Shown here: positions 33,257-46,068 of the stretch, one piece after another
How positions within the stretch are numbered: position 1 is the stretch's first letter
Layout: each line of letters begins with the position of its first letter
From: Nitrospirota bacterium
GTDB taxonomy: Bacteria > Nitrospirota > UBA9217
DNA length: 64,000 bases
NCBI GenBank assembly: GCA_963818475.1
Contig: CAWFSF010000002.1
Location: forward strand, 320,001 to 384,000
Direction of reading: 5' to 3'
Notes under the pieces: model-generated
Seen by the model: the letters and a program-made list of their open reading frames with translations, nothing else
Databases searched by the model: none
What the model was told of the DNA's origin: nothing
Translations under genes and position numbers: made by a program

Positions 33257-35931
33257 TTACGCCTTCTCGATCCGTACCGCCGAGACCTTGAACGACGGGA
33301 TCTTGGCCATCGGGTCGAGGGACGTGCTGCTCGTGAGCACATTGGCCGCCGCTTCCTTGAAATGGAAGGGGATGAACACCACTCCCTTGGCCGGCCGTTT
33401 TGACACGAGCGTCTTGACGGTTATCGATCCCCGGCGCGAGGTGACCTTCACCTGCGTCCCGTCGCTGACGGACAGCTTCCGGGCATCTCCGGCATTTATC
33501 TCGATATACGCTTCCGGCGACACGGCGTCGATCGGCTTCACCCGCCTGGTCATGCCTCCCGGTATGGTACTGGAACAGGAGCCTGCCCGGTCGTCAGGAT
33601 GAACGGGTACTCCTTGTCCGTCTGTTCAGCCGATGTCTTTATAGTTCACCAGGGTGAACCTGCCCTTGCCGCGCGGGAACCCGCCCTTGAACAGGAACTG
33701 CGTGCCCGGATGGTCCGGCGTGGGACAGGGCCACTGCAGGCCGCCTTCCTCGAGCCTGGCGTAGCTCATGCCGGCGAGCGCCGGCCAGGCCTGGCCGATT
33801 TCCCGGAAGATCTCGACGGTATGGGGATAGGACATCTCGTAGCCCATTCTTTTGGACAGCTCCATGATGATGAGCGAGTCCTTCATGGCCGACCCCGGAG
33901 AGCTGACCGCCCTCCTGACGCGCTGCACGCGGCGTTCGGTGTTCGTGAAGGTGCCGACCTTCTCGGCAAAGGACGAACCGGGCAGCACCACATGGGCAAG
34001 CTCCGCCGTCTCGGTCATGAAGATGTCCTGGACCACGAGCAGCTCAAGCGCCTTGAGCGCCTTGATGGTGTGGTGATGTTCGGGGTCAGAGACCACCGGG
34101 TTCTCGCCCATGATGTAGAGGGCCTTCAGCGTGCCCTTTTCCGCCGCCGGCAGCATCTCCGTTGCGGTCAGGCCTTCCTTGTCCGACAGCTTCGCCTTCC
34201 AGAGGGCCTCGAACTTTTCCCGGATCGCCGGGATGGCGACCCGCTGGTATCCCGGATACATGTTCGGGATGCAGCCCATGTCCGTAGCGCCCTGCACGTT
34301 GTTCTGGCCGCGGAGCGGGTTCACGCCCGCGCTCTCCTTGCCGAGGTTCCCGGTCATGAGCGCCAGGTTGGCGATGGAGAAAACGTTTTCCGTGCCGTGG
34401 GCATGCTGGGTGATCCCCATGGTGTAGTAGATGCCCGCTTTTCCGAGGCGCCGTACATGCGCGCGGCCTTGACGATCTGTGTCCGCGGGCACACCGGTGA
34501 TCTTCGACGCGGCCTCGGGCGTATAGGCTTCGAGATTTTTCCTGAACTCCTCGTCAAAGCCTTCGGTCATGGACGCGATAAAGTCCTGTTTGACCAGGCC
34601 TTCCTTCATGATCACGTGCATCATGCCGTTCAGGAGCGCCACGTCCGTGCCGGGCTTGTGCTGCATCCAGATGTCCGCGAACCGGACCATGCGGCACCCG
34701 CCGCGGGTCGGCAATGATGATCTTTGCGCCTTTCCGCTTTGCCTTGATCATCCTGAGCGCGACGATCGGATGGTTTTCCTTGGTGTTCGAGCCGATGACG
34801 AAGAGCACGTCGTTGTTCTCGATCTCGGCGATCGAGTTCGTCATTGCTCCGGAACCGAATACGGTGGCCAGACCGGCCACAGTCGAGCTATGTCAGAGGC
34901 GCGCGCAGTGATCGACATTGTTCGTGCCGATGCCCGCGCGGATGAATTTCTGGAACAGGTAGTTCTCTTCGTTCGTGCAGCGGGCGGAGGAGAGGCCGCC
35001 GATGGCGTCGGGACCGTGCTTCTCTTTGATGGCGCTCAGCTTCTCGGCGATGTAGCCGAACGCCTCGTCCCAGGACGCGGCGACGAGCTTGCCGTCCTTC
35101 CTGATCAGCGGCGTGGTGAGCCGGTCGGGGCTGTTGATGAAGCTGTATCCGAACCGGCCCTTGACGCAGAGCCAGCCTTCGTTGATCGTGTCCGGCTGCG
35201 ACGTGACGCGCACCACTTCGTTCCTGCTCACATGCAGGGTGAGGTTGCAGCCGCAGCCGCAGTAGGGGCAGATGGTCTCGACCTGCTTCACGTCCTTCTG
35301 CCTGCCCTTGCCGAGCGACTGTTTGCCCATGAGCGCGCCCGTGGGGCAGACGCTGACGCACTGGCCGCAGAACTCGCAATCGAGGTCCTTTTCAAAGGGC
35401 GGGGAGACCTTGGCGCCGAACCCGCGGCTTGCGATATCGATGGCGCCCACGCCCTGGATCTCGTCGCAGACGCGCACGCACTTGCCGCAGAGGATGCACT
35501 TCTCCATGTCGCGCTCGATAAAGGGGTTCATGTCCTTCTTCGTGTACTGGCGGCGCTCGCCGGCAAACCGGTTCGAGCGGATCTCGTAGAAGTAGGCAAG
35601 TTCCTGGAGCGTGCAGTCGCCGGCCCGCTCGCAGACCATGCAGTCGTTCGGATGGTCGGACAGGAGGAGTTCGACGATGGTGCGGCGCTGGCGCTCGATC
35701 TGCTCGTTCGAGGTCTCGACTTCCATGCCCTCGGTCACCGGCGTGGTGCACGCGGTCACCGGCCGGGGCATGCCCTTTACCTGGACGAGGCAGAGCCTGC
35801 AGCCTCCGTGCGGTTCGAGCCGCGGATCGTCGCAGAGCGTCGGGATGTAGATGTCGTTCCGCCGCGCGGCGTCGAGGATCGTCGTCCGTCCGGGACGGTT
35901 ATCTGTTGCCGTTTATTGTCAGTTTCATCAT
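33257..35931 (-). CDS. fdhA: Selenocysteine-containing formate dehydrogenase alpha subunit with NuoG-like Fe-S N-terminus (frameshifted)
   Basis: [55 protein letters not shown]-terminal molybdopterin-binding domain. Confidence 0.92.
34862..34895 (-). promoter_or_regulatory. Sec UGA codon and bacterial SECIS hairpin
   Basis: TGA at 34895-34893 followed 12 nt later by GTGGCC-GGTCT-GGCCAC. Confidence 0.88.
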
Positions 35932-36027
35932 GGTGACTCCGTATACGCTCTGCTGGAACAGGAAAGCGGTTTTGGAGTTTCATTCCGCAATCCGCATTCT
36001 CCCGGACGAGGCATCCGCATTGACGTC

Positions 36028-37811
36028 CTACCCTTTTTTGATCGCCTTGAACTTGCACGTCTCGAAGCAGGCTCCGCACTTGATGCAGATGTCCTGGACG
36101 ATCTTGTGCGGTTTTTTCTTCTCGCCGATGATGGCGCCCGCCGGGCAGACCCGCGTGCAGGCGGTGCAGCCCTTGCAGAACTCTTCGGTGATGCTGTACG
36201 ACAGGAGGTCTTTGCATACACCGGCGGGACAGCGCTTTTCGTAGATGTGCGCCTCGTACTCGTCGCGGTAATACTTGATCGTGGAGAGGACCGGGTTGGG
36301 CGCTGACTGGCCCAGGCCGCAGAGCGACGATGTTTTCACATCGCTGCTGAGCGTTTCGAGCAGGTCGATGTCGCCTTCCCTGCCTTTGCCTTCCGTGATC
36401 CTGGTCAGGATCTCGAGCAGCCTCTTGGTGCCGATCCTGCAGGGAACGCACTTGCCGCAGGATTCGGACTGGGTAAACTGCAGGAAGTACTTGGCGACAT
36501 TCACCATGCAGTCGGTCTCGTCGAGCACCACCATGCCGCCCGAGCCCATGATCGAACCGACCTTGCCGAGCGATTCGTAGTCCAGCGTGGTATCGACGAT
36601 GCTCGCCGGGATGCAGCCGCCGGACGGCCCGCCGGTCTGGACCGCCTTGAGTTTCTTGCCGCCTTCGATGCCGCCGCCGATATCGTAGATCGACCTCCCG
36701 GAGCGGGATGCCCATCGGGACTTCGATGAGCCCGGAGTTCAGGATCTTGCCGGTCAGGGCGAAGACCTTGGTCCCCTTGCTCTTCTCCGTGCCCATGGCC
36801 GCGTACCACGCCGCGCCTTTGCGCATGATGTAGGGAACGTTCGCGAGCGTCTCGACGTTGTTGATGATCGTGGGATATGCCCCAGAGGCCCTTCTGGACC
36901 GGGAAGGGCGGCTTGGCGCGCGGCTGGCCGCGCTTTCCCTCGATCGAACGCGATGAGCGCCGTCTCCTCGCCGCAGACAAAGGCGCCTGCGCCGAGCTTT
37001 ACCTTGATATTGAAATCGAAGCCCTTGCCGAGGATATTCTTGCCGAGGAATCCGCGCTCCTTTGCCTGCTTGATCGCGAGATGGAGCCGTTCCACGGCAA
37101 GCGGGTACTCCGCCCTGATGTAGACATAGCCGTATGGCGCACCGATGGCATAGGCGCCGATGATCATGCCCTCGATCACCGCATGGGGATTTCCTTCGAC
37201 GACCGACCGGTCCATGAACGCGCCCGGGTCTCCTTCGTCGGCATTGCAGATAAGGTACTTTATCGGACCCGGGCGCCTTGATCGCCATGTCCCACTTCAC
37301 ACCCGTGGGGAAGCCCGCGCCGCCGCGGCCCCGGAGACCCGAGGCCTTGATCACGTCGATCGTCTCCTGGGGGCGTCATGGTCATGAGGACCTTCTTGGT
37401 CGCCTCGTACCCGCCGCGGGCGATATAGGAATCGATGTCCTCGGGATCGACTTCGCCGCAGTCGGAAAGCACGACCTTGATCTGCTTGTTATGGAAGGTG
37501 TGGTAGTCGTCCTTCACGAGCCATTCGCCCACCGGCGTGCCGCCGACGATATGCTCGCTCACGATCCGCTCGACCATGTCCGGCTTGATGTACTCGTACG
37601 TGGACTTGCTGCCGTCGACGATCACGTCCACGAGCACGTCACGGGCGCAGAATCCCCGGCAACCGACCTTATGCACCGAGCAGTTCTTCTCTACCGTCGC
37701 CTGGATACGCTCGGCCGCAAAGGCCTTTTCAAAGGAGGCGATCACCTCTACGCCGCCTGCGGCAATGCCGCCCGTGCCCATACAGACTTTTATCGATACG
37801 TCTTTATTCAT
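36028..37811 (-). CDS. NuoF/HydB-like flavoprotein subunit (frameshifted)
   Basis: Thioredoxin-like N-domain, [50 protein letters not shown]-terminal 2x[4Fe-4S]. Confidence 0.9.
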
Positions 37812-37880
37812 GATTACTCCGGAGTGAAACCTTTTGACCGTTGACGCGGTTTGATCTGTTTAAACGGCTTAACTCGTTCT

Positions 37881-38363
37881 TTAAATATAATCGGTGTACT
37901 CTTTCTTCCCCTCTTTGAGGGTCTTCATCTCTTTCATGAGCTTGTCCGGCGTCACCTTGCCGTGCACGGTCTTGTTGACGATGATGACCGGCGCGATGCT
38001 GCAGGCGCCGACGCAGTTCACCTTTTCCACGGTGAACTTGAGGTCTTCCGACGTGTCCTCGCCATCGGGAATACCCAGCTCTTTTACCAGGCTGTTGATC
38101 AGCCGCTCGGACCCCTTGACGTGGCATGCCGTGCCGCAGCAGGCCGTAATAACGTTCTTCCCTCTCGGCTTGAGATGAAACTGTGCGTAGAAGGTCGCTA
38201 TCCCGTAAAACTTCGCCGGCGGAACATCGAGCCGCTCCGAGACCCAGAGGATCGCGTCCTCGCGCAGATAGCCGAATTCGTTCTCAAGGTCCTGCAGGAT
38301 CGAGATCAGATTGCCTTCGTTCTCACGGTACCGCGCGATGATGCCTTCGAGTTTTTTTTCCAT
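37881..38363 (-). CDS. NuoE/HydC-like [2Fe-2S] subunit
   Basis: ATFYAQF, CCGTACHVKG, NCVGACSIAP. Confidence 0.9.
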   Translation of the reverse strand: MEKKLEGIIARYRENEGNLISILQDLENEFGYLREDAILWVSERLDVPPAKFYGIATFYAQFHLKPRGKNVITACCGTACHVKGSERLINSLVKELGIPDGEDTSEDLKFTVEKVNCVGACSIAPVIIVNKTVHGKVTPDKLMKEMKTLKEGKKEYTDYI

Positions 38364-38532
38364 CGTTCTCTTCCTTTTGAGACAAAAAGGGCCGCCTTGA
38401 TTGTCCCGGCAGCCGCGCAGATGCTCCACGGTCTTGGTGCTGGTGTGTGCTTGGAGAGCACGCTCCCGGCCTTCGACTGGTGCGCCCCTGGTTGCGACAG
38501 GGGCGCACAAATCTGAAGTCTATCCGTCTTTA

Positions 38533-40740
38533 TCAGAACATCGGGTCCATGGTCAGCGCCGGATGGCCTTTGGCCGTCAGGTACTCCATCATTTTGTCCG
38601 AATCTTCAGCCACGGTCTCGTCGGCGATCTTGTCGAGCAGGTCCGGCATGCCCTCTTCCTCGGCGCGCTTCTTGAACTCCTCGGCAAAGGACTCCTTCAG
38701 GTTCTTGGTCATCCAGACGATGCGCTTGAACCCGCCGTCCGCGGAAAGGAACTTCTTGCTCGTCAGGAAGAACCGGCCGATGCCCATGAAGCCCGGGGTC
38801 TGCGCGCCGCCGCCCACGGTGCCGGCCAGGGTCGAGAACTTCATGCCGATGGGGGTCATGCCGGTGTAGCCGCGGTTCACGATCATCACGCCGTTCGCCT
38901 CGGGCACGATGGCCACGATGCACTCGAAGCAGCCGCAGGAGGTCATCGGCTCGTCCATGATGGTGTAGGCGTTGAAGTACTCCAGCGCCTGGTGCGAGTT
39001 CGTGTACACATACTCGTCGACGCCCTTCCAGCGGCCCTTGACCGCGTCGATGGTCTCGCCCTTCAGCGACCGGCTGGTTCGCGCCGTTCGGGTCGATCTC
39101 GTAGGCCGCCTTGGCATCGAGCCAGTTGTAGGCGCCGCAGAGGCCGAGCCGCTCCGGAGAAACAACGCACACATGGTTCGGCGCGAAGCTCTGGCAGAGG
39201 ATGCAGGAGTAGAACGTATCCACGGACTCGTCGGTCATCGATGGCAAGGCGGATGTCGCGTTCGAGGTAGGCCTTCCGCGCTTCCTCGAGCTTCTCCTTC
39301 ACATCGGCCTCGTCCACATAGAGCGTCACCTGGACCTTGTCGACGATATTGTTGAACTTGTGCTTGAGCTGGGTCGTGAGGATATCGCCGAAATGCTTCA
39401 GCACGATACCCTTCCTTGAGCGCATTGATGCTGACCCGGAACCAGTTCTGATCGCGCTGGCCCATGTGCCAGATGCCCTGCGCTTCGTTGATGAAGTGGT
39501 GGATCTTGCGCTCGAGCACGGGCTCGAAGTCCTTCTGCATCTTGCGGCCGCCCACCTCGACCACGACGCCGAGCGGCATCTGGCCGCCCTTCTGGTACCG
39601 GGCCTCGGCATCGGCGCCGACGATCGTGACCTTGCCGTCTTCGATGCTGTGTCAGGTCTACCATGTGGAGCCACTCGAAGGCCGGCGTGCGCTGACCGCC
39701 GAACTCGATATGCATGTCTTCCTTGCGGATGCGCTCGCCTTCGAAGGCCGGGCCGAAGGCAACCGGGATCGGCGGCTTGGAGACGGTGATCTTGAGGCCG
39801 CGCACTTCGATGCACTTCTCAACGATCTTTTTCGGATCGAGCTCCTTGGCCACTTCTTCGTAGATCGTGACGCCGGTAGGATTGATCACCGGGATGTCGG
39901 TGTTCGCGATGGCCGGGAAGCCCATGTTGATCGCGCCCGCGCCCGTGGTCCAGATGCGGTCGTTCAAGGGACCGAGCACCATGGCAAAGGCGAAGACCTT
40001 GTCCTTGGAGTATTTCAGGATCTTCTGGAAATCGCCGCCCTTCATGCCGCCGAAGGTGATGCCTGCGCGGGCCGCCCAGTTCAGGGCGTAGATGGCATGC
40101 TCCACTTCGGGTCCGAGCGGGACGAGACGCGTGTCCCAGCCGAGCTGCACGCCCTTTCGGAGAAGCTGCTTGGTCATGCTGTCGCCGTTCACATTGCCGC
40201 ACATAAGGGTGAGGATGTTCTTCTGCTGAAGTTCGCGGGCGATCTCGAGCGCGTGATCGTCGTCGTTCGCCGCGCCGATGATGCAGACGTAGCCGGGCAT
40301 GGAGCCGTCCACGAGCTGCACGCCCAGGTTGCGGAGGATCGTGTCGGAGATGAACCCGTTGTAGGTCAGGCCGATGGAGTCGTCCTTCACCGGCTCCTGC
40401 CCGTAGATGTACCGGATCGCCATGATCATTTCCTGGGCAAAGAGGGCGGCCATGCCGGCATCGAGCGCCTCGCCCAGATAGGGCTTGTACAGCTTGGTCA
40501 TCGGGCGCTTCCGTGAGAAGCGGCTTCACCTTCTTGCTCGAGCGCCGTCTTCATGTCGCCCACGGTCCGGACCTCGAAGCCCGTCATGGCGAACATCTGC
40601 GGCAGAAAGTACGCCGTATCGGGGAACTCGAACTTGAAGTCCGCGCCCTTCTCGGTGATGGCCTTCTCGACAAGGGCCTCGGCCTGCTTGACATAGTAGT
40701 GGGAACCCAGAATGGCCCCGGTGGCAATGACTTTTGACAT
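38533..40740 (-). CDS. acsB: Acetyl-CoA synthase, bacterial type (frameshifted)
   Basis: FPDTAYFLP, GVQLVDG, FYSCILCQSFAPNHVC..PERLGLCG, PMTSCGCFEC, GGGAQTPGF. Confidence 0.95.
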
Positions 40741-40851
40741 GGTAAACTCCTTTGTAGAATCTGATTTCAGCACGGTAGGAACCGAGGTCGCAGAGGAATT
40801 CAACAGCTGTACTGTCTTACTCACTGTCTCTGTGACTTGACTGTACAGTTA

Positions 40852-42193
40852 TTACGCTCTTGCCTTCAGGAAGGTCGGCAGCTGGTTCGCTTCACGGGGA
40901 CCCACGGTGATCTTCCAGCCCGGCAGCTTCTCTTCCAGCGCGCCGGAGAGGATGGCGACGTAGCCCGGGATGATGAGCTCCTTGTGGCTGATGTTCTTTT
41001 CCACGCCGCTTTCGGTGACGAACTGGGCGATCTTGCTTGCCGTGAACTTGCCGGCGGCCCAGGCCGTGAGCACCGACAAGCCTTCGTTGTCCATGACCGC
41101 GAGCCATGACGGAACCTTGCTGTTCTCGACCTCGCCGCGGACGATGAAGTAGGAGAGCGAGAAGTTGGTGGTGATCATGAGCGGCGAATTTTCCTTGGCA
41201 TCGCCGACCTTGTAGATGTTCTGGGCGACCTGCATCGGGACCTGCGGGTCGGTGTAGATGTTCTGGCGGAGCGACAGCAGCGCGAGCATCTTCCACTTCT
41301 CGACGTTGTTCAGGATGACGATGGAGGCGTACTTCATGGTGCCGACGGCGGCGGCCATGGTCTCGGATACCGAGTTGTCGCGGGTCGCAAACGTGATGAC
41401 CGGATAGCCCAGCGGCTTGAAGTTCTTCTTGATGGCTGCGCGGCGGATGATCGTGAAGTGCTCGATCATGTCCTTGGCCTTGCGTGCGCCGGAATCGAGC
41501 ACCAGGTCGTCCACGCCCAGGGCCTTGACCTTCTCGGAAAGCGCGGTCAGCGCATCGAGCCCGTCAGCGGACAACGGCGAGGGAGGCCTTCTTTTCCTTG
41601 GCGATCTTTGCCATGGCTTCGGCGTTCTCGGCAGTTGCGGCATAGATGAGCGGCTTCTTGTCGGCGCAATGCGCGATGCCTGCCTCGATGGTCGCCGGGG
41701 TCTTGCTCACCAGAATGATCGGCACGCCCGGCGCGCCGTCCACTACCTGCTTCACCACAGCGGCGAACTTCGCTGCATCGCCGCCCTCATCGGTCACGGC
41801 AATGGCGTCAACCCTGAGCTTCTGGCCCACGCGGTCGATCTCGGAGGTCTTGACCGCCTCGATCTTCTTCGCCGCGGCGTCACCGGCCTCGGAGGCCTTG
41901 ATCGCGACGGCGAATACGTTGGGATTGAAGAACTTCTTTTCATGGCGGAACATGCAGATCTCTTCGCCCACCTTCACGGCCTTGTCGCCCACGCCGATCG
42001 AGATGCCCCGGATCGGCGGTGCGGCCGACTCGCCCAGTATCTTCTTGGCGTCCTCGGACGCGTCCGGGCAGGCATCGAGGCTCGCCTGCTTTGCGGCCAG
42101 CTTCATGGCAAAGGCAAGGCAGGTCGGATGCCCGCATTTTTTGCAGTTCGTCTTCGGAAGATGCTTGAATATTTCAACTCCAGAGAGTGCCAT
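40852..42193 (-). CDS. acsC: Corrinoid iron-sulfur protein, large subunit (frameshift near 41575)
   Basis: LPKTNCKKCGHPTCLAFA, NIYTDPQVP, TTNFSLSYF, GLSVLTAWAAGKF, VGPREA. Confidence 0.95.
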
Positions 42194-42314
42194 TTATTAA
42201 ACTCCTTTCGGATAAATCCGAAGGTTAGAGATTAAGAAGTTGGGAAGGCAAGAAGTGATCCGGAATCATCGCTGTTTCCCCTTCCGTACATTCTCGCCTT
42301 CTTGATGTACTGCT

Positions 42315-43259
42315 TTACCCATCAACTCGGCAATGAGTTCCTTTGCCTTCTGCCGCGGCTCCGGGATGGCGCATGATCAGCATGTCCGCACCTGCCGTGA
42401 TCATGGCCGACGCGGTCACTGCTTCCCATGCCAGGGCGCGGTCTTCGAGACCGCCCCATTCCGGCATTTCAGCGTCAGCCGCCATGGTTTCCTTGACCTT
42501 CCAGACGTTCGCGCCGATGTCGCAGACGATGGGGGTCTGCATCATGGGATCGTTCTGCAGGAGCGCTGCAAGACGGATACGCTCCATCACGCTGTAGGTA
42601 TATTCAAGACCGTACCCGAGGGCCGAGGACATGGGATCCATGATGATCCGCTCCTTGTCGAAGCCCATCTGGGTAAGCAGGATGTTCAGCTGCTTGGCCA
42701 GGTTCACATCGAGCTGGCTCATGGCGATCAGCTTGTGGTCGTTCGCCATGGCTGCGGCCGCGATGGTCTTGTAGTTCTCTTCCACGGCCTTGCCGATGGC
42801 GCAGTTCTTGCCGCGCGTTGCCGCCGCGGCCGCCTGCAGCACCTGCGTGTCCTTTTCCACATGACCGCTGCCGAGAATGATGAGCGGAATGTCGATGGCT
42901 GCCGCAACATCGGCCGCTATCTTGGCCGCTTCCTCGGCGCTCTTGTTCTTCTGGTCCGGATGCGTGCCCATGAGCCGGAGCGCAACCATGTCCGCGCCGC
43001 TCTTCTGGCAGAACTTTGCCCACTGACACGGGATTGGCCGCCTCGCCGCCGAGCGCTTTCTTCAGGGTCTCGGGCCAGTCGTCAGGCGCGATGTCCATGA
43101 CTTCGAGCGCCACGGCGGGCTTGTTCGGGAAGGTGCCTTCGAATCCAAGGAACGGGAGTGCATTCGCACCGCCGATGGTCACGGCCTTTGCGCCGCTGCC
43201 GAGCTGTACATTGATAGATTTTGCCGCTATAGGACTTCTTTCGGTATTACGAGTGCCAT
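42315..43259 (-). CDS. acsD: Corrinoid iron-sulfur protein, small subunit (frameshifted)
   Basis: LPFLGFEG, DVNLAKQLN, ALGYGLEYTYSVMERIR, GADMLIMRHP. Confidence 0.93.
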
Positions 43260-43319
43260 GAAAACCTCCTCAAAATTGTTACCGCATAGTAACAGAAATT
43301 GCCGGTGTAAAAACAAGTG

Positions 43320-43440
43320 CAAATACGGCAATCAATCCAGCTCCAAATCTCAGAATAATTTGCAAATTCAAAATATCAATTTCGGAGCATTTGTGATTTG
43401 GTGCTTGGAATTATCTGCTTTGGTGCTGCTATCTGGAATC
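43320..43440. repeat. Family A mirrored repeat (degenerate)
   Basis: ctccaaatctc..caaattcaaaat / ttgtgatttggtgcttggaatt..ttggtgct. Confidence 0.55.
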
Positions 43441-43449
43441 TCGTCTCGA

Positions 43450-44239
43450 TTACATGTCCAGATACGAATGAGCGTACATCTTCTTGCCCATGATCATCTC
43501 GACGGTCTTGACCGTATCCATCATGTCCTTGTCAAGCGGATCGATGATGGCAGCCGTAAGTCCCTCGTATATGAGCATGGTGAGAAAGTTCCGGTTGATG
43601 ATCGGACGAACATGCTTCGGCGCCCCGTTCGAGATGTTCGAAAGCCCGACCACGGTCTGCATCGGCGGATCGTTCAGCTGCTGGAACATCTTGACGGCAC
43701 GGATCGCCTGCTAGCCCTGGTCCTGCATGGTGCAGAGCTGGAGGATGAGCGGATCGAGGAAGAGGTTCTCCATGGGCACGCCGTTCTCCATGGCGCGAGC
43801 CATGATCTCCGCTGCGATGCCGCAGCGGTCCTCGGCGTCCGCGGGGATGCTGCCCTTGCCCAGGGTGAGCGCGATGATCTTCGCGTTGTACTTGCCGGCG
43901 AGCTCCATCATCGGAAACCGCTCGGGCTCATTGGAGGTGGAGTTGATGATCGGCACGCCCCATTTGTTGTTGTGCGCCTTGAGCCCGGCTTCCATGGCCT
44001 TGATGTTCGTCGTATCGAGGCAGAGCGGCTTTTCCACCACTTCCTGCAGCACCTTCACTGCCCAGTCCATGAGCTGAGGACCGTTCTCTTCGGCAGGACC
44101 GATGGAAATGTCGATAAAATGCGCGCCGGCCTTGTCCTGCGCCACGGCGAGTTCCTGGAGCGGCTTGGGGTCGCTTTTTGCCCAGGGCCTCACGCACCTT
44201 CTTTGCAATAACACTGATCTTTTCTCCGATAATTATCAT
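43450..44239 (-). CDS. acsE: Methyl-THF:corrinoid protein methyltransferase (frameshift near 44170; in-frame TAG at 43713-43711)
   Basis: MIIIGEKI, PLCLDTTN, IINS, FLDPL, VGLSNISNG, AAIIDP. Confidence 0.92.
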
Positions 44240-44319
44240 GCTCCGATACTTCTCCTTTCAAAGTCTGGATCTAAACCGAAAACTTTTATATCAAATGTAT
44301 TGCATTCCGTGCTCAGCTG

Positions 44320-45213
44320 CTATTGCACCAGGTCCAGCAGTTCTTCTGCCGCCTCCTGCGTAATGCTTCCCCTGTCCCGGGCCACCGAGACCGTCTGTCT
44401 CGCCAGTTCTTTATAGAGACTCACCAGCTCCGGCGTCCGTTTCTCGCATCGCCGCGAGATGGTCCCGGACCGTTTCCACGTCGCCCCGCATGATCGGCCC
44501 GGTAAGCGCATCCGGTATGCCGAGGGTTTCTATATTATGCAGCGTCCCCTTGATGAGCGGAAGCACGGCCTTGAGCGCTTCTTGCTTTGTCTGCGCCCAG
44601 TGCCTCGTAGAACTTCAGGCCGTAATCAACGAGCGCAACGAAGTAATTCGAGACCGCCACGGCGCCTGCATGGTACAGTGCGGCCGAATCCTTGTCCGAA
44701 CTCCACTTCGGCATCACCAGCTCGATGCCGCCCAGTGCTTTGACGATCTCCCTGGCCGCGCCTGTGCAGCGCCGGATCGGCTTCGATCCGGAAATAGGAG
44801 CCGGGAAGCGTCCTGATGCCCTGCTCTCTGCTTGCCAGCGACTGGAGCGGATGGAGCACTGCCCGGTCCGCTCCGATGCTCTTCGCTGCATCGAGCAGTC
44901 CGAGCGAGTGAGCGCCTGACATATGGATCACGAGTCACGCCCGGCCTCAGCGCTCCGGCCGACGCGATCGTTTCGCAGACTTCCTGGATGACCCGGTCAG
45001 GGGTCGTGATAAAAACGATTTCGCTGCCGGCTGCTGCCTGCACGACATCCGTGGTCGCTTTCCCTGCGCCGATGAAGGCGGCTGCCTTTTCCGCCGAATG
45101 CTGCCGTGCGTGCCGCAACCGAGATCACTGCATACCCTGCCCGGTTGAGCAAGATAGCCCACTGAACTGCCGACACGACCTGCGCCGATGATGGCGACGG
45201 TTTTGGTGGTCAT
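44320..45213 (-). CDS. Rossmann/DUF2520 oxidoreductase, PanG-like ketopantoate reductase candidate (frameshifted)
   Basis: IIGAGRVG, FITTPD, HMSGA, LHPLQS, LYHAGAVAVSNY. Confidence 0.8.
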
Positions 45214-45217
45214 CTGG

Positions 45218-45995
45218 TTAGGGGATCAGCCTGTCCAGCATTCTGGAATAAAAAAGCTCGTCAAGGCCTTTGAGTCGGCCGGGAAGCTGGACCAGCGGCT
45301 TTGCCGTTCAGATCGTATTCAAAGATCAGCTCGTCTGCGGGAACGAAACCCGCGAACTCCACGCCCTGCTGCGCGATGGCCTGCTGAAGCGCCTTGTCCT
45401 CGCTCGTACCGTCCTGCACCCGGTTCACGATCAGGACCACCCGCTTGACGTTCAGGTTCAGTTCCTTGACCAGTTCGCCGATGCGGCCGGCGGTCATGAT
45501 CCCGCGCACCGAGGAATCGCTGATGATGAGCAGCAGGTCCGTGTCCTGCGTGGTGCGCCGCGACAGATGCTCGAGGCCGGCCTCATTGTCCATGACCGTA
45601 TACGGGTACGTGTCGGCCAGCTTGTCCATGTACTTGCGGATGATGTTGTTCGCCGCGCAGTAGCAGCCCGCGCCTTCGGGCCTGCCCATCACCAGGAGGT
45701 CAAAACCCTTTGCTTCGACCAGCGCCTGCTGGATCTGGTAGTCGAAGAGCTGCTCCATGCTCATGCCGCCGGGACGGGGCGCCGTGGACTTGATGGCCTC
45801 CAGCGAGGTCTCCCGCAGCGCGCCCACGGTCGCATGGACCGTGACACCGAGCACGTCGTGAAGGTTCGCGTTCGCATCGGCATCAACAGCGAGCACGGCG
45901 CCGCGCTTCTTCTCTGTCAAATATCGTATGGTAAGGCCGCAGAGGCTGGTCTTGCCCGTGCCGCCCTTGCCTGCAACTGCTATGGAAAAACCCAT
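45218..45995 (-). CDS. cooC: CooC/AcsF nickel-insertion ATPase
   Basis: AGKGGTGKT, VDADANANL, MGRPEGAGCYCAAN, DNEAGLEHLSR. Confidence 0.9.
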
Positions 45996-46068
45996 TAGCA
46001 ACCTCAACGGCAGGGTACAGGGTCCTGGGTCCAGTTTAAACGGTTTCCTGACCCCTGACTACTGGACC

